Part shown: positions 8,318-15,706 of the stretch, one piece after another
How positions within the stretch are numbered: position 1 is the stretch's first letter
Layout of the letters: each line of letters opens with the position of its first letter
DNA from: an uncultured virus (IMG/VR IMGVR_UViG_3300035181_003152)
Taxonomy: Duplodnaviria > Heunggongvirae > Uroviricota > Caudoviricetes
Reading direction: 5' to 3' (one strand)
Virus record (IMG/VR): IMGVR_UViG_3300035181_003152
Length of the DNA stretch: 20,000 nt
The notes under the pieces: generated by a model
What the model was told of the DNA's origin: nothing
The model's input: only the letters and a program-made list of their open reading frames with translations
The model's database searches: none
Program-made: the position numbers and the translations under genes

Positions 8318-8788
8318 ATGCGCCTGCTCTTCGCGGCCGCGTTCTTCGCGGCCTTCATGCTGCTGGGCTGCGCCAGCCCGCTCACCACCTCGATCAACGT
8401 CGCCAACGCGCTCGGTAACGTGGCCAGCGCGAGCGGCCAGCAGGTCAACGCCGACTTCGCGCGCGCCGATCGAGCGTGCCTGTGGGCGCCCACCGGCGCG
8501 CCGGTGACGACCACCGTGGACGCGCAGGCTCAGTGCCTCACCAGCGTGCGCGCTCAATACGCGCCCGCGCTCAAAGCCTACGACGCCTTCCTCATGGTCT
8601 GGGCGCCTTTTAGCTTCGCGGTGCGCGTCGCCGAGGCCAACGAGGTGCTCGGTAGGGCGCCCAATCTCGACAGCTTCGCCGCTCTCCTGCCGGAACTGCT
8701 GAGGACCGCCGACGCCTTCGCCGCGCACTACAAGGCGCTTGTCGCGCCGCCACTCCCCGCCACCTCCACCACGAAAGCGGGCCAATAA
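8318..8788 (+). CDS. Helical lipoprotein (156 aa), possible lysis accessory
   Basis: GAGG RBS and MRLLFAAAFFAAFMLLG-C lipobox. The true start lies inside ORF 8015..8788. Confidence 0.8.
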   Translation: MRLLFAAAFFAAFMLLGCASPLTTSINVANALGNVASASGQQVNADFARADRACLWAPTGAPVTTTVDAQAQCLTSVRAQYAPALKAYDAFLMVWAPFSFAVRVAEANEVLGRAPNLDSFAALLPELLRTADAFAAHYKALVAPPLPATSTTKAGQ

Positions 8789-8958
8789 TGGGCTGGCTGT
8801 CTGCACTCATTGGCGCGCTTCCGGCTCTCGTGCAGGGCATCGCCGCTTTCAACACGCGCCGCGCCGAGCTCATGACGCCGGCCCCCGCCACGCACGCGGG
8901 CGTGGTCGCCGAGGACGACGCCGAGCTCGCGCGCCGTCGCGCCGCGGAGGCCAAGTGA
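8788..8958 (+). CDS. Small amphipathic protein (56 aa), absent from the ORF track
   Basis: MGWLSALIGALPALVQGIAAFNTRRAELMTPAPATHAGVVAEDDAELARRRAAEAK; TAATG and GTGA overlaps on the two sides. Confidence 0.75.
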   Translation: MGWLSALIGALPALVQGIAAFNTRRAELMTPAPATHAGVVAEDDAELARRRAAEAK

Positions 8959-9233
8959 ACTGGGGCGCGTTCTTGAGCTCGCCCTATTTCGTGGGCTTGG
9001 TGGCTGTCGTCGTCGGCGCCGCGCTCTCCGCCACGGCAGCGGCCACGCGGCTCACGCATCCTCGGCTCAGCGCGTGGCTGAGCGCCTTTGCCGCGGCGCT
9101 GCCGGCGGACGTCACCAGGATGAGCCCGGGCGCGGCGCCGCGCACGGCCCCGCCGCAGCTCGTCGTGGTGCCGGACGTCGCGCCGCAGGACGACGTGCCC
9201 ACCGTACCCACGCCGCGGGAGCCCCCGCTGTGA
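8955..9233 (+). CDS. Small membrane protein, holin-like candidate (92 aa)
   Basis: Coupled GTG start, TM segment YFVGLVAVVVGAALSA, a second amphipathic helix and a Pro-rich tail. Confidence 0.65.
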   Translation: MNWGAFLSSPYFVGLVAVVVGAALSATAAATRLTHPRLSAWLSAFAAALPADVTRMSPGAAPRTAPPQLVVVPDVAPQDDVPTVPTPREPPL

Positions 9234-9550
9234 GCGCCACACAAGGCTCCACCTTCGTCGGTATCCGCGCGCCGCGCGCGCTGGAGATCACGTACACGGC
9301 CACCGCGGCTGTCCCCGACTTCTCCGGCGTCACGGCCGCTTCGCTGCGCGTCTTTCGCGAGGACGATACCGAGCAGGCATGGACGTGCACCATCGCCTCG
9401 CAGACGGCCACCACCATCGTGCTCGTGCACCCCTGGGTGAGCGGCGACAACGACACCGACAACGAGACCATCCGCGTCTTTGGCCAGCTCACCATCAACG
9501 GGCAGGTCCTCGAGATGCTGCCCGTCTTCGTGACCTTCAAGCCGCGCTGA
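9230..9550 (+). CDS. All-beta virion protein, BppU-N/Ig-like candidate (106 aa)
   Basis: GTGA-coupled; alternating beta pattern, including 'PDFSGVTAASLRV'. Confidence 0.6.
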   Translation: MSATQGSTFVGIRAPRALEITYTATAAVPDFSGVTAASLRVFREDDTEQAWTCTIASQTATTIVLVHPWVSGDNDTDNETIRVFGQLTINGQVLEMLPVFVTFKPR

Positions 9551-9626
9551 TTCGCGCACTGGCCCGTCGCCAGAGCGCAACATTCGATAGCAGACACACC
9601 GCCCACGTGGGCACCAAGGGAGATTC

Positions 9627-10871
9627 ATGTCCATTCGTTCCACGCTTGCCGTCCTCTTCGTTTTCGTCCTCTCGGCCTGCGGCACCCCGCGTGCGCCCAC
9701 GGACGCGGGCCCCTCGGCTGCGGCCAGCGTCGCGCATGCGCCAGAGACCGCCGTCGCCACGTCTGCGGCCCTCGTCGCGATGGGCGGCGCCTGCGTCACA
9801 AGCGCCGACTGCGGGACTGGCCTGTACTGCGAGATCGGCGCGGGCGCGCTCGCGTCGAGCTTCGCCCTCGACCACACCTGTCAGCCCGCCAGCTCGGCGG
9901 CGATCGCCACGGTCTCAACGTGCACGCTCCCGTCGCTCGCAGCGGTGACTCCCGTCGTCATCACGTACACGACCGACGGACTGACGTGCTCGGTGTTCCA
10001 GCCGTCGACGGGGACCAACCTGCCCGTCGTGGTCGCACTGCCTTACGGCGGCTTCGTCCAGCAGTTCGCAGGCAACCCGGACTTCGTGAACTACGGCAAA
10101 CAGGTCGTAGCGTCCGGCAAAGTCGCGGTGCTCTGCAACTACACCAAGGCGACGGCGACGATCTCCGGCGTCCCCGCCGAGCTCTCCGACGTGCGCTGTG
10201 CGATTCGTACGGCCGGCTCCTCGGCGCTCGGCGCGGCCTTCACGGCGGCGGGCGGCGGCACCTACCGCGGCAGCCCTTCGCGCGTCGGCGTGGTCGGCTC
10301 CTCGGCTGGCGGCTCGCTCGCGCTCGATGCTGTCCTCGACGAGGACGTGCCCGCGCTCGCGCTCCCCGACACGACGGCACCGGGCACGTACCACGCGCCG
10401 CTCCCGCTCGATTCGGGCACCTGCATCGCCGGCACCTCAAGCATCCTCGGCATGGTCAAAGTGCTCGTCGCCGCGGCCCCGCCGACGGACCTGCCTGGCC
10501 CGACCGGCTACGGGGACGCCGCGCACCCCACGAAAGTCGCGACGCTCGACGCCTACGCCGGCTCGGCGGTGAACCCCGCGCGCGCCGATGCTCTCTCGGC
10601 GGTGTCGCCCGCGCTCTTCGACATGGCCCACCCGTACCCCGGCGCGCCGAAGGTGCTGCTGATCCAGTCGAGCGGCGACACCGCCGTCGATCCTGCGCAG
10701 TCGGCCGCCATGGACGCGGCTCTCGCGGCGCACGGGTACAGGCACTCTCGCATCCTCGCGGCTCCGCTGATGTGCGGCGTCACCCCCTGCTCGCATCCCT
10801 GGCAATTGACCATGGGCGGCGCCGCACTCGCTGGCAATTGCACCGCGTGGGCGCTGCTCGCCACGCTCTGA
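9627..10871 (+). CDS. Lipoprotein alpha/beta-hydrolase (esterase/lipase, HSL/BD-FAE-like)
   Basis: AAGGGAG RBS and lipobox LSAC. Oxyanion-region 'PVVVALPYGGF', nucleophile elbow GSSAGG, Asp in GDTAVDPAQS, His in CSHPW. Confidence 0.85.
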   Translation: MSIRSTLAVLFVFVLSACGTPRAPTDAGPSAAASVAHAPETAVATSAALVAMGGACVTSADCGTGLYCEIGAGALASSFALDHTCQPASSAAIATVSTCTLPSLAAVTPVVITYTTDGLTCSVFQPSTGTNLPVVVALPYGGFVQQFAGNPDFVNYGKQVVASGKVAVLCNYTKATATISGVPAELSDVRCAIRTAGSSALGAAFTAAGGGTYRGSPSRVGVVGSSAGGSLALDAVLDEDVPALALPDTTAPGTYHAPLPLDSGTCIAGTSSILGMVKVLVAAAPPTDLPGPTGYGDAAHPTKVATLDAYAGSAVNPARADALSAVSPALFDMAHPYPGAPKVLLIQSSGDTAVDPAQSAAMDAALAAHGYRHSRILAAPLMCGVTPCSHPWQLTMGGAALAGNCTAWALLATL

Positions 10872-10916
10872 TCCTCTCACGCTCGCCTCAACCAGCTCTG
10901 ATCCGGAGTCACGACC

Positions 10917-11339
10917 ATGCCCACGCCCATCACGTACGACAGCTTTTTCACTGACCTCGGCGCGGGCGCCATCAACCCGACGTCCGACACCTTCTACATG
11001 ATGCTCACCACGAGCAGCTACACGCCGTCGAAGGGCACGCACGCGAAGCGGAGCGCCATCACGAACGAGGTTGTCGGCACGGGCTACACGGCCGGCGGCC
11101 AGGCTGTCGTGTGCACCCCGGCGACGAACACGACCACGCACGTCTGGACGCTGACGCCGGCAACCACGGTGTGGAGCGGCGCCACGCTGACGGCGAGGTA
11201 CGGCGTGATCTACAAGCATCGCGGCGGGCTCGCGTCAGCCGATGAGCTGGTGTGTCTCGTCGACTTCGGCGCCGACATCACGAGTACCGCGGCCGCGTTC
11301 ACCGTGACGTTCTCGGCTCCTCTCACGATCACGAACTGA
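10917..11339 (+). CDS. Conserved phage virion structural protein (140 aa)
   Basis: GGAG RBS. 'DTFYMMLTTSSYTP...NEVVGTGYTAGG...LVCLVDFGADITST' is a pattern I recognise from widespread phage fibre/decoration proteins. Confidence 0.75.
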   Translation: MPTPITYDSFFTDLGAGAINPTSDTFYMMLTTSSYTPSKGTHAKRSAITNEVVGTGYTAGGQAVVCTPATNTTTHVWTLTPATTVWSGATLTARYGVIYKHRGGLASADELVCLVDFGADITSTAAAFTVTFSAPLTITN

Positions 11340-11341
11340 CC

Positions 11342-11848
11342 ATGGCTGGCGACTCCTACACGACGCTATTTCTCGGCACCGGCGGCGATAACGTCTATGG
11401 TGAGGACATCGGCGGATCGCCCGTCATCAAGATGCCGGCGTGCAAGATCCACACGGGGGCGCTCGGCGTGGACGGCGGCCCCCTCACGCCCACGAACCCT
11501 CTGCCCGTTCGGCCCGCGGGGTGGGCCAGCTTTCCGCCGGTTCTGACGACCGGGGGCGTGATTCAGGCTGCCGGTGGGGGGCGCATTCTACGGCGGCTCA
11601 CCGCGTACAACAGGCACTCTGCGCAGGTCAACATCGCGGTATTCAACGGCGTCGGCACGTGGGGAACGAGCGCGAACCTTCTCGACATGTTCGCCGTCGC
11701 GGCAAACCTCGCAGGCAATCCGCGCGACTACTCGGACGCAGGGATCCAGTGCTCCAGCGGGATCTATTGCCTGATTTCCACAGGGCTTTGGACTGCTGGA
11801 ATTGCAGCCCCGGCCACCGGATCGGACATCTGGGGCCTGTCGGCCTGA
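11342..11848 (+). CDS. Putative virion protein (168 aa)
   Basis: ATG 2 nt after the previous stop; 'TPTNPLPV' linker followed by a jelly-roll-like beta domain. Confidence 0.65.
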   Translation: MAGDSYTTLFLGTGGDNVYGEDIGGSPVIKMPACKIHTGALGVDGGPLTPTNPLPVRPAGWASFPPVLTTGGVIQAAGGGRILRRLTAYNRHSAQVNIAVFNGVGTWGTSANLLDMFAVAANLAGNPRDYSDAGIQCSSGIYCLISTGLWTAGIAAPATGSDIWGLSA

Positions 11849-11857
11849 CCGCTCGCC

Positions 11858-12346
11858 GTGCTGCAACTCCCGTACATTCTCGATCTCGGGCAGCCCGGCA
11901 ACGCGTCGGGCTCGCTCGCGACGTCGACAGCCAGCGCAGTAGCTGCCTCGGCGACGGGCGCTGCTGCCGCAATGGGCGCGCTCCCCACCTCCGCAGCTTC
12001 CCCCGCTGACGCCTCGGCCACGGGCGCGGCCAGCGCAACGGGTGCTCTCGCCACGTCAACGGCATCGCCTGCGACGGCGAGCGCTTCGGGAGGCGGGGCG
12101 GGCTCGCCGGGCGACGCAACGGGTGCTCTCGCGACCGCGACCTCAAGCCCGGCAACGGCCAGCGCGAGCGGCGCGGCCACGGCCAGCGGCACCGGCGCCA
12201 CGTCCATATCGAGCCCCGCGCAGGCAGGGAGCGGGACCGTGGCGCCGTACATCCCATCCCCGGCGCTGACGTCGATGCCCATGGGCGACGTCCGCCTCAC
12301 CAGCGCGCCGATCGACGACGTGCGGGTGACAGCGGCGGCGACGTAG
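11858..12346 (+). CDS. Low-complexity Ala/Ser/Thr/Gly repeat protein (162 aa), fibre-like
   Basis: Four imperfect G[AS]LATS[TA]ASPATASA repeats; the DNA unit gcaacgggtgctctcgc recurs. Confidence 0.7.
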   Translation: MLQLPYILDLGQPGNASGSLATSTASAVAASATGAAAAMGALPTSAASPADASATGAASATGALATSTASPATASASGGGAGSPGDATGALATATSSPATASASGAATASGTGATSISSPAQAGSGTVAPYIPSPALTSMPMGDVRLTSAPIDDVRVTAAAT

Positions 12347-12531
12347 TCACCGCGGCTGGCGGCCCGAGAGCGGCCACTTCTGGCGTCGCCACGCGGCGTC
12401 GTAGCCGCTGGCGGCGAGCCGTCGTTGCAGCGTGCTGGCGTTGATGCCGAGCGCGAGGGCGGCGGCGCGCTCGTTGCCGCGGGCGGCGTCGAGGGCGGCC
12501 AGCATGGCGGCAAGCTCGGCGGCGGCGACGT
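12332..12531. repeat. 13-bp direct repeat GCGGCGGCGACGT (12332-12344 and 12519-12531) flanking the HTH insert
   Basis: Exact match seen in the sequence; the unit is GC-rich and partly low-complexity. Confidence 0.7.
12347..12505 (-). CDS. Stand-alone Fis-type (HTH_8) helix-turn-helix protein or fragment
   Basis: 'LAALDAARGNERAAALALGINASTLQRRL' matches the Fis/NtrC C-terminal HTH. Start uncertain; similarity extends to about 12530. Confidence 0.65.
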   Translation of the reverse strand: MLAALDAARGNERAAALALGINASTLQRRLAASGYDAAWRRQKWPLSGRQPR

Positions 12532-12679
12532 GAAGCTCCTCGCCGCGCTGGGCGCCTTGCTCGGCCTCACTGCCGGGCTGCTGGTCGTCTTCGTCGCCGT
12601 TCTCTGCGCCCTGCTCACCCGCTCGCGCCGCCTCGGCCCATGGGCACTCGTCGGCGTCGTCTTCGTTCTTGCATCCTGA
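12530..12679 (+). CDS. Small 2-TM protein, holin candidate (49 aa)
   Basis: MKLLAALGALLGLTAGLLVVFVAVLCALLTRSRRLGPWALVGVVFVLAS, directly upstream of the endolysin. It is followed by the same C-rich spacer plus GGAG seen at other late-gene junctions. Confidence 0.55.
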   Translation: MKLLAALGALLGLTAGLLVVFVAVLCALLTRSRRLGPWALVGVVFVLAS

Positions 12680-12709
12680 CCCCTCACCCCTCCTCGGAGC
12701 TGCTCCCAG

Positions 12710-13309
12710 ATGGTCGACCCCTGTTCGCCCGATGCTCTCTCGCCCGCGCTCGCCGACACGCTGCCCGCGGGCGCGCCGCAGTACATGGCGCCCGAGCAGA
12801 TCCCCGCGCGCCACTCCACGCCCGGGCGCCGCGCCACGATCTCCCTCGTGGTGATCCACACGACGGAGAACGACTGCAAACCGGGCACCGCGCGCGCGGT
12901 AGCCCGCTACTTCGCTACCCCGCCGGCCCCCCAGGCGAGCGCGCACTACGTCGTCGACGCGGGCGAGATCGTCCAGTGCGTCCCCGAGGCCGACGAGGCG
13001 TGGGCCGCGCCTGGCGCGAACTGGCAAGGCGTGCACGTCGAGTTCGTGGGCAGAGCCACGTGGAGCGCCGAGCAGTGGGCTACGGCCGACGTGGAGGCGA
13101 TGCTCGGCCTGGCGGCTGTCCTCGTGGCCGACATCTGCCGGCGGCGCGCCATCCCAGTCGCCAAGCTCGACGCGGCCGCCGTGCGCGGCGGGACTAGCGG
13201 GCTGTGCGGCCACGTCGACGTCAACCACGCCTTCCACCACGGCAACCACTGGGACCCAGGTCCGGGCTTCCCGTGGGAGAAGTTCTTGGCGTTGGTGGCG
13301 TCGTCGTGA
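12710..13309 (+). CDS. Endolysin, N-acetylmuramoyl-L-alanine amidase (Amidase_2)
   Basis: Motifs VVIHTTE, ASAHYVVD, EAWAA..AN..GVHVEFVG, CGHVD and HWDPGPGFPW supply the Zn ligands H/H/D and catalytic E. Confidence 0.93.
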   Translation: MVDPCSPDALSPALADTLPAGAPQYMAPEQIPARHSTPGRRATISLVVIHTTENDCKPGTARAVARYFATPPAPQASAHYVVDAGEIVQCVPEADEAWAAPGANWQGVHVEFVGRATWSAEQWATADVEAMLGLAAVLVADICRRRAIPVAKLDAAAVRGGTSGLCGHVDVNHAFHHGNHWDPGPGFPWEKFLALVASS

Positions 13310-13959
13310 GCGCCTCGCGCTCGAGCGGCGGCCTGCTCTTGGCCGCGGTGATGGCCGGCGACCACGTCCCGCCCACCTGGGCCGACGTCGACGTGGGCGG
13401 CGGCCTGGTCGTCTGCGTGGCGAGCGACGCCCTGCGCGCTGGCATCGACGAGGCGGGCGCGCCGGTGCGGCTGCCCGCCAGCTACGCGGAGACCATCGCC
13501 ATCTGCCGCGCGCTCGACTGCGTGCCGCCCACGCGCGAGATCAGCGACGCGATCTGGCGAGCGGCCAGCGTGCGCGTGCGGCCGCAGGGGCTCGTGGTGA
13601 CGACGGGCGACGCGCGCCAGATGGCCACCGTCGAGTGGAGCTTGCGGCACAACGCGGCGATCGAGGGGCAGCTGCGCGACCGCGACGTCAAGCCGGAGAA
13701 CATCGTCGCCGACGTCGGCAAGGACTGGATTCTCGATAACGGCCTGGCGGTGCGCGGCGCGGTCAACTACGGCTGGCGCGCCGACGCGCACCACCTCTTG
13801 CAGCCGCTCGGCCACGCCCACAACGCGCAGCACTGGGACTACAGCCAGGTGGTGCGGCTGGTGAAGCGGTGCGCGCGGCTCGACGGCGCGGTGGTCGACC
13901 TGCTCGACGTGCTCGTGGCGCGCGGGCTGGCGAAGAGGTGGGCGGCGGCGCTGAGGTGA
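13306..13959 (+). CDS. Uncharacterised enzyme-like protein coupled to the endolysin (217 aa)
   Basis: GTGA overlap with the amidase; motif-rich (GKDW, NYGW, QPLGHAHNAQHWDYSQ). Confidence 0.75.
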   Translation: MSASRSSGGLLLAAVMAGDHVPPTWADVDVGGGLVVCVASDALRAGIDEAGAPVRLPASYAETIAICRALDCVPPTREISDAIWRAASVRVRPQGLVVTTGDARQMATVEWSLRHNAAIEGQLRDRDVKPENIVADVGKDWILDNGLAVRGAVNYGWRADAHHLLQPLGHAHNAQHWDYSQVVRLVKRCARLDGAVVDLLDVLVARGLAKRWAAALR

Positions 13960-13975
13960 GCGCTGGATTTTGGGG

Positions 13976-14032
13976 CGGATTTTGTGACCAGCGTCGGGAT
14001 TTATGACCGACGTCGGATTTTATGACCTGCCG
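13976..14032. repeat. Three tandem 19-bp imperfect repeats (core GG[A/G][T/A]TTT[A/G]TGACC)
   Basis: cggattttgtgaccagcgt / cgggatttatgaccgacgt / cggattttatgacctgccg, plus a partial ggatttt at 13965. Confidence 0.85.
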
Positions 14033-14044
14033 CGAACGGCAACG

Positions 14045-14084
14045 GCCCGGTCTCTCTTTGGAGGGGCCGGGCTTCGCTGCTTTT
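14045..14084 (+). terminator. Intrinsic terminator ending the late operon
   Basis: GCCCGGTCTCTC-TTTG-GAGGGGCCGGGC stem (2 G-U pairs) followed by TTCGCTGCTTTT, between convergent units. Confidence 0.75.
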
Positions 14085-14115
14085 GTGGCCGCCATCCGGA
14101 GGACGTCGCAGGCGC

Positions 14116-14334
14116 TCAGCGCTTTCGCTTTGCGACGATCTCGATCTCGTAGTCACACGCCGCCGCGAACCGTGCGAGCGCCTCAAGCGAGATCCCGCCG
14201 CCGCGCCGCTCCGTCTGCGAAACGTTCGGGCGCGAGCACGCGAGGCGGTCCGCAACTTCGCCGAGGGAGAGACACGCGGCCTCGCGGAGGGCGGCAGCCG
14301 GGGCATCGTGGGGGAGGACGAGCGGGGAGGTCAT
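14116..14334 (-). CDS. XRE-family HTH transcriptional regulator (72 aa; frame open to 14541)
   Basis: 'LREAACLSLGEVADRLACSRPNVSQTERRGGGISLEALARFAAAC' is an HTH_3 pattern. TAGCAT-N7-ATG supports the 14334 start; an extension to ATG 14535 is possible. Confidence 0.85.
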   Translation of the reverse strand: MTSPLVLPHDAPAAALREAACLSLGEVADRLACSRPNVSQTERRGGGISLEALARFAAACDYEIEIVAKRKR

Positions 14335-14536
14335 CGCGCCGATGCTATCGGAGATCGGCGCAGGCGGGCGAAGCGGAGAGGAGCCGGTGGCGATCGTAGC
14401 CAGTAGACGCGCGAGGACGGCAGAGACGCGATGGCCGCGGCTCCACTGTCTCGCCTCCTCGCGAATGATCACAATCACGCGCTCTCGCTCTGCGATTCCC
14501 TCTTCGTACGTGGCTGCCATGGGTCGTTCGCTCATA

Positions 14537-14584
14537 ACCACGAGAGCCCGCCCCGGCGCTCTGCCGGGTACGGGCTCTCGTGGT
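14537..14584. other. Long intergenic hairpin
   Basis: Perfect 14-bp stem ACCACGAGAGCCCG/CGGGCTCTCGTGGT plus an inner CCCGGC/GCCGGG stem. Confidence 0.85.
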
Positions 14585-14597
14585 GCCGAGTCGTCGA

Positions 14598-14852
14598 CTA
14601 CAGGTCCGGACCGTCTTGCGGGATCCAGTCCTCGCGGCGGAAGGCCGGATCGAGCGGCGCCGCCCTGCGCTGCTCCTTCAAGGCCATTACGTGCTCGAGG
14701 AACGCCGCCCGGTCTGCGCGCATCGCGTTGCGCACGGCGACGAGGTTGTCACTGGACGGGTCGCGCACGTAGACAACCAGCGTGTTGATGTAGGCATTGC
14801 ACGCCACCTCGGACTTGGCCGCGGCGGTCTCGGTCGTTTCGATGATGCTCAT
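14598..14852 (-). CDS. Hypothetical protein (84 aa)
   Basis: AGGAGG upstream; bounded by hairpins on both sides. Confidence 0.7.
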   Translation of the reverse strand: MSIIETTETAAAKSEVACNAYINTLVVYVRDPSSDNLVAVRNAMRADRAAFLEHVMALKEQRRAAPLDPAFRREDWIPQDGPDL

Positions 14853-14873
14853 GGGAACTCGTAGCCTCCTGGC

Positions 14874-14904
14874 CAGAAAGGCCCGCCCCTTGAGAGAGCG
14901 GGCC
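14874..14904 (-). terminator. Terminator-like hairpin
   Basis: Minus strand GGCCCGCTCTCTCAAGGGGCGGGCC followed by TTTCT, just after the stop at 14913. Confidence 0.6.
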
Positions 14905-14912
14905 GGAGATGG

Positions 14913-15365
14913 TCAGTTCGCGACCGCTCTTTCTCGTAGGACCGCTACCGACCGGTCAAGGATCGCTCGCTCCGCCGCAGACCAAGCCCTGCCCGGGGGG
15001 CTCGACGCCCTCAAATTGGCAGCAACGCTGAGCCGCGCATCAACCTCGCTCAATTGCATGTGTGCGGTCAGCAGGATGGCAGCGTTGAGCTGGTCGTGAC
15101 CCCCCGCGCCCGCCTCCGCGGCGAGCGCTCGCAGTTTCGTGATCGCATCTTCCCACGGCGCGAGACCCCCCACGGCGTCCACCGCCAAGCGCTCGCGCAC
15201 ACCCTCCGCGAGGACATCGTATATGCTCTCGGACTCGTCCGTGTCGTCCGCGAGCTGCGAGAAACTGGGAGCAAAATCCTCGCCGTCCCATGCGCCCCGC
15301 GCGATTCTCGCCGTCCCCCGGTAGAAAGACACTTTCGAGTAGTATCCGTCGCCTCCGTCGAACAC
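14913..15365 (-). CDS. Hypothetical acidic protein (150 aa; true start possibly 15411 via a frameshift)
   Basis: Globular, D/E-rich N-terminal half. An upstream ATG at 15411 is out of frame. Confidence 0.65.
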   Translation of the reverse strand: MFDGGDGYYSKVSFYRGTARIARGAWDGEDFAPSFSQLADDTDESESIYDVLAEGVRERLAVDAVGGLAPWEDAITKLRALAAEAGAGGHDQLNAAILLTAHMQLSEVDARLSVAANLRASSPPGRAWSAAERAILDRSVAVLRERAVAN

Positions 15366-15417
15366 GACCGCGTAGCGCGCCCTTGATTTCTCGAATAATT
15401 ATGATGCTCATACCTGG

Positions 15418-15451
15418 AAAGGCCGCCTCGAGTCTCCCCGGGCGGCCTTTT
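15418..15451. terminator. Terminator-like hairpin (possibly bidirectional)
   Basis: AAAGGCCGCC-N13-GGCGGCCTTTT. Confidence 0.7.
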
Positions 15452-15455
15452 CGGC

Positions 15456-15671
15456 TCACTCGCCGTCGATGTCGATGGCGTCTTGAATGTCGACGTCGTC
15501 GGCTTTCGCCCGATTCACCAGCTCGTCCCACTCCTCGACGGCGCGCAGTCCCTTGACCGCCGCGCACTGGAAGAAGAGCCCCGCGAGGGCCATGCTGATG
15601 TTGCCCTCGCGGGAGACCATATCCGCCTGGAGTCCGCAGTAGGCCGCGCCGCTGATTGCCGTCGTCTTCAT
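15456..15671 (-). CDS. Small acidic protein (71 aa)
   Basis: C-terminus ADDVDIQDAIDIDGE; lies directly under a leaderless promoter. Confidence 0.7.
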   Translation of the reverse strand: MKTTAISGAAYCGLQADMVSREGNISMALAGLFFQCAAVKGLRAVEEWDELVNRAKADDVDIQDAIDIDGE

Positions 15672-15678
15672 GATGTGG

Positions 15679-15706
15679 ATGATAACCTATGCGTTAGCAT
15701 GCGCAA
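15679..15706 (-). promoter_or_regulatory. sigma70-type leaderless promoter with a palindrome in the spacer
   Basis: TTGCGC-N16-TATCAT-N7-ATG(15671). The spacer contains ATGC-TAAC-GCAT within an AT-rich patch. Confidence 0.65.

Noticed and set aside
12347..13249. 300-aa minus-strand protein ending in an HTH
   Set aside because: The upper part is antisense to the clear amidase gene; only the last 50-60 aa look like a real domain.
13960..14035. Mini CRISPR array
   Set aside because: The period is only 19 bp with a 5-nt variable part, the unit is not palindromic, and no cas genes are present.
13960..14115. Prophage end (att site)
   Set aside because: Phage-like genes continue on both sides, and there is no integrase or tRNA nearby.
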